Assembly (NCBI GenBank): GCA_031425655.1 | Contig: JANPJS010000040.1 | Location: forward strand, 1 to 36,990 | Direction of reading: 5' to 3' | DNA: 36,990 bases | Source of the DNA: Abditibacteriaceae bacterium | GTDB taxonomy: Bacteria > Armatimonadota > Abditibacteriia > Abditibacteriales > Abditibacteriaceae | The notes under the pieces: generated by a model | What the model saw: only the letters and a program-made list of their open reading frames with translations | What the model was told of the DNA's origin: nothing | The model's database searches: none | Program-made: the position numbers and the translations under genes | Shown here: one piece after another, positions 1 through 8,689 of the stretch | Layout: each line of letters opens with the position of its first letter | Position numbering within the stretch: position 1 is the stretch's first letter

Positions 1-69
1 TAAACCCGTGTCGTTTCCGTGTCGCCGCAGGCGCCGTGTTCCATTGAAAATTATGGCTTTCAAATACAA

Positions 70-1131
70 ATGGATAAAGAAACCAAACTTCGGTTGACCA
101 CGCTGTCTTCGTGCGCGGGCTGAGCGTCTAAAATCGGCCCCGCCGATCTCGCGCAAGTTTTGCGCGGCTTACAACAACCGAATAACGCCAACGTGCTGGT
201 CGGCTTCGATTTATCGGACGACGCCGGCGTTTACAAGCTGTCGAGCGAAATCGCGCTCGTTCAAACGGTAGATATTTTCACGCCGGTTGTAGACGACGCC
301 TTTGATTTCGGCCAAATCGCGGCGGCCAACGCGCTCTCCGATGTTTACGCGATGGGCGGGCGGCCTTTGACGGCGCTCAATATTGCGGCCTTTCCGCGCA
401 CCGTTTTGCCTTTTGAAATTCTCGGCGAGATTTTGCGCGGTGCCTTGTCGAAAGTCATTGAAGCCGGCGCGACCGGCGTCGGAGGCCACACGGTCGAAAG
501 CGCCGAATTGCTGTTCGGATTGTCCATAACGGGCTTGGTGCATCCTCGGCGCATCACCACCAATGCCGGCGCGCGGCCCGGCGATGTTTTAGTGGTGACT
601 AAACCGCTCGGCACCGGCATTGTTTCTACTGCTATTAAATTCGAGGCGTGCCCCGACGAAATCGCTCGCGCGGCCATTGAAAGCATGGCGCAGTTGAATC
701 AATCGGCGTGCGAAACAATGATCGAATTTGGCGTGCCCGATCATATTCACGCCTGCACCGACATCACAGGCTTCGGCTTGCTCGGCCACGCGCGCGAAAT
801 GGCGCTGGCTTCGCGCGTGAGTTTGGAAATCGAAGCGAGCGCGGTGCCTTTGCTTCCGGGCGTCGAAGAACTGGCGCGCGACGGAAAATACGTCACCGGC
901 GGCGGCGGGCGCAACGCGCAGCACGTCGCGGGCGCCACCGAATATCGCGGCGAGTTGCCGGATTTTCGGCGCCACGCCTTTGTTGACCCGCAAACTTCCG
1001 GCGGTTTGCTAATGGCCATCTCGCCGGAGCGCGTTAAAGATTTGGTGCGCGCCCTGAAGCTGCGTCGTGTGCCGGGCGCGATCATCGGACAAGTGCGCGC
1101 CGGGCCGCCCGGTTTAATCGTGCGCGGCTGA
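70..1131 (+). CDS. selD: Selenide, water dikinase SelD, selenocysteine-containing (Sec at codon 18)
   Basis: ATG at 70 is in frame with ORF 160..1131 and reads MDKETKLRLTTLSSCAG-[TGA 121-123]-ASKIGPADLAQVL, the SelD N-terminal active-site position (Cys/Sec-x-x-Lys). Downstream SelD motifs: DDAGVY, VQTVDIFTP, ANALSDVYAMGG, GGHT, TDITGFGLLGH, DPQTSGGLL. tRNA-Sec follows immediately. Confidence 0.97.
133..168 (+). promoter_or_regulatory. Putative bacterial SECIS element of selD
   Basis: Two hairpins just 3' of the UGA: ATCGGC-CCC-GCCGAT (133-147) and CGCGCAA-GTT-TTGCGCG (150-166). The second has a G-initiated apical loop about 34 nt after the UGA. Confidence 0.65.
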
Positions 1132-1186
1132 CAAAGGGCGGTTAAAATGGAGTGGGCGGGCGCCATTGGCACCGTTTTTGATGAGG

Positions 1187-1281
1187 GGAGGCGCTCCGGC
1201 TCTGGTGAGTCGCGCGGTCTTCAAAACCGTTGAGTCCGCCTCGCGCGGACTGGTAGGTTCGATTCCTATGCGCTTCCGCCA
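1187..1281 (+). tRNA. selC: tRNA-Sec (anticodon UCA)
   Basis: 8-bp acceptor stem GGAGGCGC/GCGCTTCC, G discriminator and encoded CCA; anticodon loop CT-TCA-AA (TCA at 1221-1223); long variable arm GTCCGC-CTC-GCGCGGAC; T loop GGTTCGATTCC; 95 nt; adjacent to selD. Confidence 0.97.
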
Positions 1282-1304
1282 ACCACCATTTTCAGGGAGT
1301 TTTC

Positions 1305-1727
1305 ATGCAAGAAGTCACCGTTTCTAATTTGCCCGGTGCCGCAATTTGGATCATCGCAATTTCACAGCTTTTGCTGGCCGTCGGCGTGATTGCCGTATTG
1401 GCGCTGTTCGGTTCGCAGGTCGTAGCAATTCTCAAAGAAGTTAAAGGCATGGTCGAGGATATGCGTCGCGATGCCATGCCCGAAGTCAAAGCCACACTGA
1501 AAAACGTCAAAACCATCAGCGACGATGCCGCGCGCACCACGCACAATGTTACGACCGCCGCCGATAAAGTGGCCGGCGTGATTAGCACTCTGGTGTCGCG
1601 TTTTGAATCGCCCGCTGTGCGTATGGCGGGTATGCTGACCGGTGTAGTCGCGGGTGCTCGTGCCGCGAAACACGCCAAATCCGATGACAGAAACAAAAAA
1701 GGCGGCAAAAGTGGCTTATTCCGTTAA
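1305..1727 (+). CDS. DUF948/YoxC-like membrane-anchored coiled-coil protein
   Basis: N-terminal hydrophobic helix followed by an amphipathic heptad region; AGGGAG upstream; paired with a YtxH-like gene as is typical for DUF948. Confidence 0.65.
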   Translation: MQEVTVSNLPGAAIWIIAISQLLLAVGVIAVLALFGSQVVAILKEVKGMVEDMRRDAMPEVKATLKNVKTISDDAARTTHNVTTAADKVAGVISTLVSRFESPAVRMAGMLTGVVAGARAAKHAKSDDRNKKGGKSGLFR

Positions 1728-2130
1728 AGCATCTGAAAAACCATCTCCGCTGGACGGCGAGGTGCGCGCCAACAAAATCGTCATAGTCACCGGCCCCAGT
1801 TTCGGCACTGCCATCAAACTGATACTTTTTGGCGCCGCTATTGGCGCCGGTGCCGCGCTCTATTGGAAAAACCAGCAAAAGCCAGCGCCGCTTTCTGCCG
1901 TGCCCGCCGATGCCGAAGAAGTCGCTTCGCGCCTGCAAAACCTGTCGTCACGCGCCAAATCCATCGCCGGGCGAGCGCGCGACTTAGTGCAAAGCGCCGC
2001 TGAAGTCGCCGGCCCGGCTTTGCAGCAAGCCCTCATCGAAGGCCGCGCCGCCGCGCGCGAAACCGAAGACGAACTCAACGCCGAATTAAAAGAGCTACGC
2101 AAAGATTCGCCGGGGCCGGAACAAGTCTAA
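1684..2130 (+). CDS. YtxH-like (general stress / gas-vesicle-like) membrane protein
   Basis: LILFGAAIGAGAALYW hydrophobic motif followed by an Ala/Glu-rich helical region. Start uncertain (1684 ATG, 1711 GTG or later). Followed by a terminator. Confidence 0.6.
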   Translation: MTETKKAAKVAYSVKASEKPSPLDGEVRANKIVIVTGPSFGTAIKLILFGAAIGAGAALYWKNQQKPAPLSAVPADAEEVASRLQNLSSRAKSIAGRARDLVQSAAEVAGPALQQALIEGRAAARETEDELNAELKELRKDSPGPEQV

Positions 2131-2173
2131 AAATCAAACGGGCCGCGCTTAAATGCGCGGCCCGTTTGATTTT
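2130..2173. terminator. Bidirectional intrinsic terminator
   Basis: AAAATCAAACGGGCCGCGC-TTAAAT-GCGCGGCCCGTTTGATTTT, perfect 19-bp arms between convergent genes. Confidence 0.85.
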
Positions 2174-2197
2174 GTAAATCCTTTTCTACATCGCCAT

Positions 2198-2896
2198 TTA
2201 ATGCGTTCTCAAAAATTCGATGGCTTGTTCCCAAGCGTTAATTTTTTCATCAGGCATATTTCGAGAACCAGCCACCGTCTGTTGAATCCAATCAATCGGA
2301 GTTTCGTCTTCGTTATCCAAAGCATTGGTTTCAACTCCATGACTCAAAAGTAGCTCAAGCACGTCCACCCGTCCGGCTACAGCCGCGAAATGCATCGGTG
2401 TTTGCCCGCGGCCTCCACGCATATTTGGATCAGCGCCTTTGCTAATAAGCCATTCAATGAAAGCAAGATCGGCCCAAATAATCATGTTTTGCAGTGGAGT
2501 ATTAAAGCCAACATAGTGATCGAAGATGTTGAGATTTGCTCCCGCTTCTACCAGAATCCGTATCCGTTCTTCGTCGTTCCCAGTTGATGCATGTAAAAGC
2601 GGATTGAGCAGCGGCAACGCAGGATTGATTTCAGCACCAGATTTCAGCAATAGACGCATAATATCTGCGTTGCTTTTCGGTGAGCGCGCCGCGCCACCAA
2701 GAATCGAGTCCCATCCATTGCTGCCATTGGCATCAGCGCCCCAATCGAGCAAATTCTGGGTTCGTATCATATTCCCCGAACTAACTGCCTCGAACAACGC
2801 AAGATTCAATTTATGCTGGCGCGCGTGACACAAAGCCCAAAGACGATGCTTAAGCATCCATCTTCGCTCCTGCGATTTCGTTACGCGTAAGTCCAT
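2198..2896 (-). CDS. Ankyrin repeat protein
   Basis: Repeated ankyrin motifs (LLDWGADAN, LLLKSGAEIN, LVEAGANLN, TPLQ..LISKGADPN, GQTPMHFAA..G..DVLELLLSHG). Visibly more A/T-rich than its neighbours. Confidence 0.9.
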   Translation of the reverse strand: MDLRVTKSQERRWMLKHRLWALCHARQHKLNLALFEAVSSGNMIRTQNLLDWGADANGSNGWDSILGGAARSPKSNADIMRLLLKSGAEINPALPLLNPLLHASTGNDEERIRILVEAGANLNIFDHYVGFNTPLQNMIIWADLAFIEWLISKGADPNMRGGRGQTPMHFAAVAGRVDVLELLLSHGVETNALDNEDETPIDWIQQTVAGSRNMPDEKINAWEQAIEFLRTH

Positions 2897-2897
2897 C

Positions 2898-2925
2898 TTA
2901 TTTCTTCGCCAACCGTTCGCCGCCG
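2898..2925 (-). repeat. Relic duplicate of the dsbD 3' end (direct repeat of 3258-3285)
   Basis: 2899-2925 matches 3259-3285 at 25/27 nt. Both copies encode GGERLAKK*, and the differences are synonymous (GAA/GAG, CGG/CGA, TAA/TAG). Confidence 0.85.
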
Positions 2926-2968
2926 AGATACGAAGCCGATGCGTTCAAGAGCGCGGCTGGCGATTCAT
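2917..2968 (-). pseudogene. hicA: Remnant of a HicA-family toxin gene
   Basis: ATG overlaps the hicB stop (ATGA) and reads MNRQPR; another frame then reads ALERIGFVSRR, resembling the HicA N-terminus (M.KLPR...KALER.GF...RQ). Internally deleted and truncated before the GSH motif. Confidence 0.6.
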
Positions 2969-3180
2969 ACCGCGACCAAAAGCGCCTCAAACGAATCTTG
3001 CGGCACTTCGCGGCCATCCTCGCGCAAGACTTCGACATAAGCCTCAATCGCCTCGCGGATGTTGGTCAGCGCTTCTTCTTTGGTCTGCCCCTGACTGATG
3101 CAGCCCGGCAAACTCGGACACTCTACCGTCCACCATCCTTCGCCGCCGGGATAAACGAAAACTTGTCGCATAAAAGTCAT
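2965..3180 (-). CDS. hicB: HicB-family antitoxin (short UPF0150 type, no DNA-binding domain)
   Basis: WTVECPSLPGCISQGQTKEEALTNIREAIEAYVE is the HicB partial RNase H fold signature. Confidence 0.9.
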   Translation of the reverse strand: MTFMRQVFVYPGGEGWWTVECPSLPGCISQGQTKEEALTNIREAIEAYVEVLREDGREVPQDSFEALLVAV

Positions 3181-3197
3181 CTGACACTCAGTTTACA

Positions 3198-3242
3198 AGC
3201 AAAACAGCGCGCGATTGAATTTCAATCGCGCGCTGTTTTGCT
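3198..3242 (-). terminator. Long perfect hairpin, likely the dsbD terminator
   Basis: AGCAAAACAGCGCGCGATTGAA-T-TTCAATCGCGCGCTGTTTTGCT, 22-bp arms, 15 nt past the dsbD stop. Confidence 0.75.
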
Positions 3243-3257
3243 ATGCGAACCGACTCT

Positions 3258-5246
3258 CTATTTCTTCGCCAATCGCTCGCCGCCGCGCTTGAGAAAATCG
3301 GCGAAGCGTTGCGGGTCGCGCGTGAAACCTTCTTCAAAACGCGCCAATTCCTTGCCCTCTGGCGAAAGCACGACATAAAGCGGCAGCGTGACGGTGCCGA
3401 ACTGCTCAAGCTGCAATTTGGCGTTAATTTTCGATTTTTCGTCCACGCCGTCGGTGTGCAATTCCACAGAGATGAAATCTTCCAGCACGCTCGCCACTTC
3501 GGGGCGTGGCAGCACGTTTTCTTCCATCAAGCGGCAATTGGTGCAAGCGTAGCCGGTGAAATTGATGAGCAGCGGCTTGTTTTCGCGGCGCGCTTTGGCT
3601 CGCGCCGCTTCGTAATCGTCCACGATCCACGCGATGGGCGAATGCACCGCTCCGGCGGGTTGACCGTAGGCGCGCGGCGGCAAATAAGCGTCGAAATCGC
3701 CTAACGAAACCGTGCCCATCGCCGCCAACAAATAAAGGCTGGCCGCGATTGTGGCAATACCCAACGTGCGGCGAAACGGGCCGGGAGCAGTCGAGGAATC
3801 GTCATGAGGCAAACGCAGCCAGCGCAGCAAATAGAATCCGGCCACGAGGAAAATCGTGCTCCACAGCGACAGAAAAATCGGGCGCGTCAGCCATTTCAGT
3901 TGCCAAACGAAATCGGCGTTGGACAGAAATTTCAGCGCCGCCGCCAATTCCAGAAAGCCCATAAAGGCTTTGACGGAAACCAGCCAGCCGCCGGATTTCG
4001 GCAGTTTCGCCAACCATTGTGGAAATAATGCCAACAGGAAAAACGGCGAGGCGAAAGCCAAACCAAAGACCAGCATTCCCAGCGTCGGCCACAGTGGCCC
4101 GCTGCGCGCCGTGGTCGCCAGCAAAGTGCCCACAAATGGCACGGTGCAGGTAAACGAAGTCAGAGAAAAGCCCAATCCCATGAGAATCGGCACCCACAGC
4201 GAAGGCTTTTTGCCGCCCGCCATCGCGGTTTTCGGCTGCACTTTGTCCATCAGCGCCGGGGGAACCATGATCTCGAACACGCCGAAAAGATTGAGCGCCA
4301 GCAGCACAAAAATCGCTGCAAATGTCAGATTCAGCCACGGATTCGCAGCGAACTGCGTGATATTGAAATTGATGCCGAAGGCGGCTAATAGCAGCGAGAC
4401 CAGAAGCCCAATCGCCGTAAAAGTGCCGATAATGCCGGCGCAAAACGCCGTCGGCCCGGCCAAACCGCGCCCGCCGCTTTGCTCTTGTCGCTTAGTAAAA
4501 AAGCTGACGGTAATCGGAATCATCGGGAAAACGCAGGGCGTCAGCAATGCCAGAAATCCGGCGCCGAACGCCAGACCCAGAAACGGCAGCAAGCCGCTGT
4601 TTTGCGCCCGCTGCACGCGATTCGCATCGCCTTGATTATCCGATGCTGAAGCTATCGCACTTTCCGGTTCTATTGCGGGCGCCGACGTTGCGCCATTAAT
4701 CGCGCCCGGCGGCTGTTTCGGCACCGCTGTTAGCGCGGCCATGCGCTCGGTTCGCGCCGCGCCGGGCGCGATGTTAAAGGCGAAGGGAATGCTTTTTTCA
4801 GCCGGAGGCAGGCAGGTTTTATCAGTGCAAACCATGAAACGCACGCGCGCCTGCGCTTTTTGCGCGCCCGATGCGCCCGCCGCGATTTTCACAGGCATCC
4901 CAAAGGCGACAGCGTTTTCGTAAAGCTCGTCGGTGATTTTGAAAACCGGATTGCGCTTCTTCACGGGCGCTGGTTGCACCGGTTTCCCGGCGCTTTTCAG
5001 AATCTTGCCCGGCACCAGTTGCAGAGTCGTCGCCAGCGAACCGCCCGGCGGCTGCGTCAGCGAATAAAGATGCCAGCCCTTTTCGATTTTCGCCGTGACC
5101 ACCACTTGCGCGCTTTCGCCGGCTCGCGCATCCGCCGGTTCCAAGCGCGCCTGCCAAACAACTTTTTCTGACGGTGCAGCCTGCAAACCGCTGTTGAAAA
5201 ACGGCAGCATGAGAGCCAGAAAAAGGAATATCTTTCGCACGTTCAT
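3258..5246 (-). CDS. dsbD: DsbD-family thiol:disulfide interchange protein (N-terminal Ig-like domain, transmembrane domain, C-terminal thioredoxin)
   Basis: Signal peptide; GWHLYS and CTDKTCLPP in the N-domain; ALLTPCVFPMIP and SFTCTVP transmembrane cysteines; LPKSGGWL; NFTGYACTNCRLME thioredoxin CxxC. Confidence 0.93.
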   Translation of the reverse strand: MNVRKIFLFLALMLPFFNSGLQAAPSEKVVWQARLEPADARAGESAQVVVTAKIEKGWHLYSLTQPPGGSLATTLQLVPGKILKSAGKPVQPAPVKKRNPVFKITDELYENAVAFGMPVKIAAGASGAQKAQARVRFMVCTDKTCLPPAEKSIPFAFNIAPGAARTERMAALTAVPKQPPGAINGATSAPAIEPESAIASASDNQGDANRVQRAQNSGLLPFLGLAFGAGFLALLTPCVFPMIPITVSFFTKRQEQSGGRGLAGPTAFCAGIIGTFTAIGLLVSLLLAAFGINFNITQFAANPWLNLTFAAIFVLLALNLFGVFEIMVPPALMDKVQPKTAMAGGKKPSLWVPILMGLGFSLTSFTCTVPFVGTLLATTARSGPLWPTLGMLVFGLAFASPFFLLALFPQWLAKLPKSGGWLVSVKAFMGFLELAAALKFLSNADFVWQLKWLTRPIFLSLWSTIFLVAGFYLLRWLRLPHDDSSTAPGPFRRTLGIATIAASLYLLAAMGTVSLGDFDAYLPPRAYGQPAGAVHSPIAWIVDDYEAARAKARRENKPLLINFTGYACTNCRLMEENVLPRPEVASVLEDFISVELHTDGVDEKSKINAKLQLEQFGTVTLPLYVVLSPEGKELARFEEGFTRDPQRFADFLKRGGERLAKK

Positions 5247-5351
5247 TTTCTCCTTGCAAAGCGGCGAACTGCCCGCGCATTACCAAACACCGCGCGCCGC
5301 ACGCAAGTTCCATACAACAACAGCCCGTTCAATTAAGAACGGGCTGTAGTT

Positions 5352-6947
5352 TCACTCGTGCGCGACGTCTTCGTTGTCGTGCGGGACGTGCCAACGGCGC
5401 TTGTCGCGTCCGATGAGTTCATCCGATTCGGCTGGCCCCCAACTCTCTTTTTCATACGGATGCGGCGCCGGAGCGTCTTTCCAAGCATCGAAAATCGAAT
5501 CCACGATGCTCCACGCGACTTCCACTTCGTCGCGGCGCGTGAAAAGTGTGCCGTCGCCGAGCAGCGCGTCTTGCAGCAGGCGCTCGTAGGCTTCGGGTGG
5601 CTCGCCGTGTAGCCCATCGGCATACGCGAAATCCATGCGCACGTCGTGAATTTCGTTGCCGCTGCCGGGCACCTTCGCGTTCACGCGAAAAGCGAAACTT
5701 TCGTCGGGCTGAATGCGAAAGATCAGCATATTACTTTTCACGCGCTCGCCGCCCTGATTGAACAACACATTCGGCGTATCCTTCCAGCGAATCACGATTT
5801 CCGTGCTGCGCTGCGGCAGCGCCTTGCCGTGTCGCAGATAAAACGGCACACCAAACCAGCGCCAGTTGTCAACGTGAACCTTCAAGGCGACGTAAGTCTC
5901 GACGTGCGAGTCGGGCGCGACGCTTTCTTCCTCTTTATAGCCGTCATATTGGCCGCGTCGCGTGTTGTCCAACACTTCGTCGGGCGATCCAAACATCCGC
6001 AGTGCGCGCAAAACCTTGACTTTTTCGTCACGAATCGCGTTGGCCGTCAGGGAAACCGGCGCTTCCATCGCCACCATCGTCAGCAGTTGAAACATATGGT
6101 TCACGACCATATCGCGCAAAGCGCCGCTGGTTTCGTAATAACCGCCGCGCCGCCCGACGCCGACTTTTTCCGCGACGACGATTTGCACATGATCAATGTA
6201 GCGATTGTTCCAAATCGGCTCCATAATCGCGTTGGCGAAGCGCAAGGCAAGAATGTTTTGCACCGTTTCCTTACCGAGATAATGGTCAATGCGGAAGACT
6301 TCGGTTTCGTTGAAATAGCGGCCCAGAAGCTCATTAAGATCGTGCGCCGACTTCAAATCGCTGCCGAACGGCTTTTCGATAATGAGCCGCCACCAACCGC
6401 GCGGGCCGCGTGCGGGCGCATTGGCCGGGCCGCGTCCAAAGGCGCGGTCGTTTTGACGCAGCGCGCCGACATTTTCGATAATCGGCGCGAATTCGCCCGG
6501 CGGCGTGGCAATGTAATACAAACGATTGCCTCTGGTTTTGAATTGCTGCTCCAGTTCGTTGAGGCGCGCATCCAGCGTGGCGAAACTGCCGGCCTGGTCG
6601 TAAGCGCCCTGTTGATAAAAAATGCGCTCGGCCAGCCATTTCCAAACGGTTTCGTCCCAATCCAAACGCGCAAACTCCTTGACGCCGGCGGCCAGGCCTT
6701 CGCGGAACTGGGTTTCATCTTGCGGACGTCGTCCGTAGCCGACCACGACGAACTCGTCGGGCAGCAATTTTTGCACGGCCAAATCATAAAAGGCCGGAAT
6801 CAGTTTGCGATTGGTCAAATCGCCGGTGGCGCCAAAAATCGTGATGGCGCACGGCGGCGTATCGCGCTCGACGTTCACATCGGCGACGTGAATAATCGGG
6901 CAAAAATCGCCGTCGCGCGAATCGGTAAATCCGGTCATTTCACTCAT
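5352..6947 (-). CDS. zwf: Glucose-6-phosphate 1-dehydrogenase
   Basis: IFGATGDLTNRKLIPA, IIEKPFG, RIDHYLGKETVQN, GALRDMVVNH, NWRWFGVPFYLRHGK, AYERLLQDALLGD. Start taken as ATG 6947 (MSEMTG). Confidence 0.97.
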   Translation of the reverse strand: MSEMTGFTDSRDGDFCPIIHVADVNVERDTPPCAITIFGATGDLTNRKLIPAFYDLAVQKLLPDEFVVVGYGRRPQDETQFREGLAAGVKEFARLDWDETVWKWLAERIFYQQGAYDQAGSFATLDARLNELEQQFKTRGNRLYYIATPPGEFAPIIENVGALRQNDRAFGRGPANAPARGPRGWWRLIIEKPFGSDLKSAHDLNELLGRYFNETEVFRIDHYLGKETVQNILALRFANAIMEPIWNNRYIDHVQIVVAEKVGVGRRGGYYETSGALRDMVVNHMFQLLTMVAMEAPVSLTANAIRDEKVKVLRALRMFGSPDEVLDNTRRGQYDGYKEEESVAPDSHVETYVALKVHVDNWRWFGVPFYLRHGKALPQRSTEIVIRWKDTPNVLFNQGGERVKSNMLIFRIQPDESFAFRVNAKVPGSGNEIHDVRMDFAYADGLHGEPPEAYERLLQDALLGDGTLFTRRDEVEVAWSIVDSIFDAWKDAPAPHPYEKESWGPAESDELIGRDKRRWHVPHDNEDVAHE

Positions 6948-7000
6948 GGAACACCTCGAAATTCGCTTGTTCACTCACCTGACGCGGTCTCGCCGCTTTA

Positions 7001-7149
7001 AACGGGAAGACGGAAAGAACGGGAAGACGGGAAGTCTTGAGAAAGTTGACGAGGCGAAAAAGCAGCTTAAACCCAGCCCTCATCCAATATCCATCTGTCC
7101 AAAGCACTCAAATCTCTTCCCGCCTTCCCGTTCTTACCGCCTTCCCGTT
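7001..7149. repeat. Inverted repeat element built from short tandem units
   Basis: Left arm AACGGGAAGACGGAAAGAACGGGAAGACGGGAAG (7001-7034) matches the reverse complement of 7116-7149 at 31/34 nt; 81-nt spacer. Confidence 0.85.
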
Positions 7150-7197
7150 GAAAACCACGGATACATCGAACACTGCGTAAGGTGAGTTGTTAAAACG

Positions 7198-7233
7198 AAA
7201 ACGGCAGCGCGCATTGCTGCGGCGTGCCGTTTT
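7198..7233 (-). terminator. Intrinsic terminator after cpaE
   Basis: AAAACGGCA...TGCCGTTTT hairpin; on the minus strand it is followed by TTTTCGTTTT. Confidence 0.7.
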
Positions 7234-7253
7234 GCATCGAAAATACGATCAAC

Positions 7254-8486
7254 TTAGTCAGCTCGAAAAAGTCGGCCAAAAAAGCCGCCTTTGCGGTCGG
7301 GAATGGCGCCGTGCGCCGGCAAAGTGGACTCGCGCCCGGCTAATTGCTGCGCTAAAACCTGAATGCGCTTGGAAATCTGCGCTTCGGGCATGGATAATAC
7401 AACAGGCACGCCATCGTTCACCGATTTCACCACGTTGCGCCCGTCCGAAGGAATCAGGGTTTGCACCGCCATGCCCAAAACTTCTTCGACATCCTGCGGG
7501 CTGATGCCGACATCGCTGTTGGCACGATTCAGAACCGGCTGAATCTTATCGCCCGTATAAAGTTGGCGCAGCATTTCCATCGCGGTGCGCGTTTTGTGCA
7601 AAGCCAGCAAATCAAGCGAAGTCAACAGCAAGATGATATTAGCGGCATCAAGCGCCGCTAACGTAATGTCCTGTAACTGCGAAGTCGTGTCAATGATCAC
7701 GAACTGATACGATTCGCGCAACGCATCAATCACCTGCTCGACGGTATAAGCCGTGATGCTTTCGGCATAGCGCGGCGCCGAGGGTGCAACCAAAACGCGC
7801 AAGCCCGTTTCTTCGTGAACCGTCAAATACTGCTCGACAAGCTCAGAATCAATGCCGGTATGGCCTTTTTGCGAAAGCCCCGCGATAGTGTTGTCGGGGT
7901 TAAGGTTGAGCAGAAGGTCAATATCGCCGAATTGCAGGTTTAAATCCACTAAAACGATGCTGTGCGGATTGGCTTTGGCGTTCAGCACGCCGGCCATTGC
8001 CACGCCGAGATTCGCGGCCAAAATGCTTTTACCCGAACCGCCCTGCGGCGAATAAACCGCGATGACTTTGCCCTGCGGCCCTTTGGAATCGCCGCCGTAA
8101 ATCGCGCGCTGCTTGACTAAAGCCTGATTGACGCCGCGAATGGTATTGATGGCATCTTCGGGCTGCACCGGCTTGGTCAGCACGTCCCGCGCGCCGGAGC
8201 GCATCAGGTTGCGCATCAATTCCATGTCGGTGGCTTCGATCATGGCGATGACGGCGGAATCCGGCGAGGCCAACTGAATGCCCTCGACGACGGCAACGCC
8301 ATTGGAACCTAAAATCGAGCCGTCAATCAGCACGACATCGGGGCCGAGCGAACGCGCGATTTCGACGGCTTCGCGCCCGTCGGCGGCATCGCCAACTACT
8401 TCGAGTTCGCGGTCGCGCGCCAACATCGAGCGCATTTGCTCGCGCGAGGCCGGATTCGCGTCCGCCACTAAAACCGAAATCGCCAT
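7254..8486 (-). CDS. cpaE: Tad pilus assembly protein CpaE/TadZ (receiver domain + MinD/ParA-like ATPase)
   Basis: N-terminal receiver-like domain (VLVADA, EVVGDAADGREAV, PDVVLID); deviant Walker A YSPQGGSGKS; VDLNLQFGD; VLNRA; adjacent to cpaC and cpaB. Confidence 0.88.
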   Translation of the reverse strand: MAISVLVADANPASREQMRSMLARDRELEVVGDAADGREAVEIARSLGPDVVLIDGSILGSNGVAVVEGIQLASPDSAVIAMIEATDMELMRNLMRSGARDVLTKPVQPEDAINTIRGVNQALVKQRAIYGGDSKGPQGKVIAVYSPQGGSGKSILAANLGVAMAGVLNAKANPHSIVLVDLNLQFGDIDLLLNLNPDNTIAGLSQKGHTGIDSELVEQYLTVHEETGLRVLVAPSAPRYAESITAYTVEQVIDALRESYQFVIIDTTSQLQDITLAALDAANIILLLTSLDLLALHKTRTAMEMLRQLYTGDKIQPVLNRANSDVGISPQDVEEVLGMAVQTLIPSDGRNVVKSVNDGVPVVLSMPEAQISKRIQVLAQQLAGRESTLPAHGAIPDRKGGFFGRLFRAD

Positions 8487-8636
8487 AATGACTTAACCTG
8501 GAGCGTGGCTCCACAGTAATTCCAACAAATCGGCGGCGGCTGGAACGACTTGCCTGTGTCCCTTGCCGCCGCCGTTTACATTTCGAAGCAATCTGCTCAG
8601 AAGAATCTTTGCCTCGCGCTCGATGGAGACAATCCG

Positions 8637-8665
8637 ATTTTACACGGGACGCTGTCACGGGGCAA
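8637..8665 (-). promoter_or_regulatory. Putative sigma70 promoter for cpaE
   Basis: TTGCCC-N17-TAAAAT on the minus strand. Confidence 0.5.
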
Positions 8666-8689
8666 TTCTAAGGCTCCCCGATGCGTCTT

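Noticed and set aside
160..1131. ORF-track start of selD at TTG 160, or a pseudogene call for the upstream TGA
   Set aside because: It omits the catalytic N-terminus; the TGA aligns with the Cys/Sec site and tRNA-Sec is adjacent.
5646..7001. 451-aa plus-strand ORF
   Set aside because: Antisense shadow of zwf with no recognisable motifs; expected in GC-rich DNA.
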